Of a stretch of DNA of 32,000 nucleotides, positions 31,397-32,000 are shown one piece after another. The stretch lies in assembly GCA_049974095.1 (NCBI GenBank), contig JBMFJD010000002.1:43508-75507 (forward strand), written 5' to 3'. Every line of letters starts with the position of its first letter. The first letter of the stretch is position 1. The stretch is from Nanopusillaceae archaeon (GTDB taxonomy: Archaea; Nanobdellota; Nanobdellia; Nanobdellales; Nanobdellaceae). The notes beneath the pieces were generated by a model, which saw only the letters and a list, made by a program, of their open reading frames with translations, did not search any database and had not been told where the DNA came from. Position numbers and translations under genes: made by a program.

Positions 31397-31468
31397 GGCC
31401 CGTAGCTTAGTTGGTAAAGCGTCGGGCTCTTAACCCGAAGATCGGGGGTTCGAGTCCCCCCGGGCCCG
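31396..31468 (+). tRNA. tRNA-Lys (anticodon CUU), no encoded CCA
   Basis: 73-nt cloverleaf folded by hand. Acceptor stem GGGCCCG/CGGGCCC, D stem GCUU/AAGC, anticodon stem UCGGG/CCCGA with loop CU-CUU-AA, 5-nt variable loop, T arm GGGGG-UUCGAGU-CCCCC, discriminator G. The first G is also the last base of the upstream TAG stop codon. Confidence 0.92.
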
Positions 31469-31534
31469 GGTTCTACATGATAATCTTTTATGATTAACAA
31501 ATTCTTATATTGATATATAATTTTTATATGAAAT

Positions 31535-32000
31535 ATGCGAAGGAAAAGAGTTTATATAATAGGAACGCTATTTATTTTGTTTTCTGCATTCTTTAGAATA
31601 CATTCTTTAGAATACTATGCAATAAATATATATAATAATCAAAATATTCCTACTCCTTCTCCATTCCAACAAGATATAGCAATATGTAATGGAACAGCAG
31701 ATCTTGGAAGTGATTTTGCATATATTAATAATGCAACATTATTCGGATTAATAAATCCTAATGGTCAAAATGTATATTTTTCAACAACAAATGGAACTAA
31801 TCCAAATATATATTCATGGTATGAAGGGCAAGAGAATATTAGCGGAGTGTACTGTGATGTATGGTGGATAAAATTATCTAATGGAATACCTGCAAATAGC
31901 TATATAACGACATATATGTATGTAGGTAATCTTTCGCAAAACTTTTATTCTCAATATTATCCATATGTAGGAGCCCCTAGACAAGTATTGGGAACTTCTC
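31535..32000 (+). CDS. DUF2341-like secreted/surface protein (N-terminal 155 codons; continues past the right window edge)
   Basis: ATG at 31535 gives MRRKRVYIIGTLFILFSAFFRIHS (signal/anchor). It continues …YAINIYNNQNIP…LFGLINPNGQNVYFSTTNGTNPNIYSWYEGQENISGVYCDVWWIKLSNGIPANSYITTYMYVGN. This matches from memory the DUF2341 pattern (i-x-I-x-N…g-x-n-i-x-F…L-x-yW-x-E…a-x-vWVK-x-p-x-Ipa…tiymYyGN). Open to position 32000. Confidence 0.55.
   Translation, partial: MRRKRVYIIGTLFILFSAFFRIHSLEYYAINIYNNQNIPTPSPFQQDIAICNGTADLGSDFAYINNATLFGLINPNGQNVYFSTTNGTNPNIYSWYEGQENISGVYCDVWWIKLSNGIPANSYITTYMYVGNLSQNFYSQYYPYVGAPRQVLGTS

Noticed and set aside
31469-31534. ATGATAA and ATGATTA strings after the tRNA as a possible degenerate C/D sRNA, or an att site for tRNA-targeted integration.
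   Set aside because: There is no CUGA D box at the right spacing, no repeat of the tRNA 3' end downstream within the window, and no adjacent integrase. The stretch is best read as the promoter region of the DUF2341-like gene.
1-32000. CRISPR arrays, transposases/IS elements and rRNA genes.
   Set aside because: I saw no regularly spaced direct repeats of 24-40 nt, no cas-like or transposase-like ORFs, and no long GC-rich stretch compatible with rRNA.

Overview
Very AT-rich archaeal chromosome segment (roughly three quarters A+T by eye, not computed) with extremely tight gene packing. RNA genes stand out as GC-rich islands, which suggests a thermophile with a reduced genome, possibly DPANN/Nanoarchaeota-like. 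That taxonomic guess cannot be proven from this window.

The right two thirds is core information processing:
- rpoH, rpoB'', rpoB', rpoA', rpoA'', rpl30e, rps12, an inserted membrane ORF, then rps7. nusA is missing from its usual slot.
- pdaD and xerA.
- A GC-rich ncRNA locus: a hairpin followed by a C/D box sRNA.
- A nucleotidyltransferase gene broken by a 2-nt frameshift.
- rpl10(P0)-rpl1-rpl11, divergent from secE-spt5/nusG.
- ftsZ, an FKBP-type PPIase, tRNA-Lys(CUU), and the start of a DUF2341-like surface protein.

The left edge holds a truncated family-4 UDG and an agmatinase-like gene.

The stand-out region is a 12.3-kb, 14-gene minus-strand cluster (13406 down to 1063). It has translationally coupled junctions and encodes:
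- A FlaJ/TadC-like polytopic platform protein.
- About nine proteins with very short basic N-termini followed by a hydrophobic helix. Six carry M-[KR]-[NS]-Q, read here as non-canonical class III (type IV pilin-like) signal peptides.
- Two DUF333-like cysteine-knot proteins with C-terminal anchors that share a 67-bp perfect repeat.
- Two full-length paralogous multi-pass membrane proteins of unknown family.

All ten Cys-containing secreted products have even cysteine counts, 94 Cys in total. No secretion ATPase or recognisable prepilin peptidase is present in the window. I interpret the cluster as an uncharacterised type IV filament-like or surface-adhesion system.

A second theme is promoter architecture. 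Intergenic spacers are about 29-35 nt and carry a TATA-like octamer 20-23 nt from the start codon, implying leaderless mRNAs. Two divergent gene pairs share centred palindromic TATA elements.
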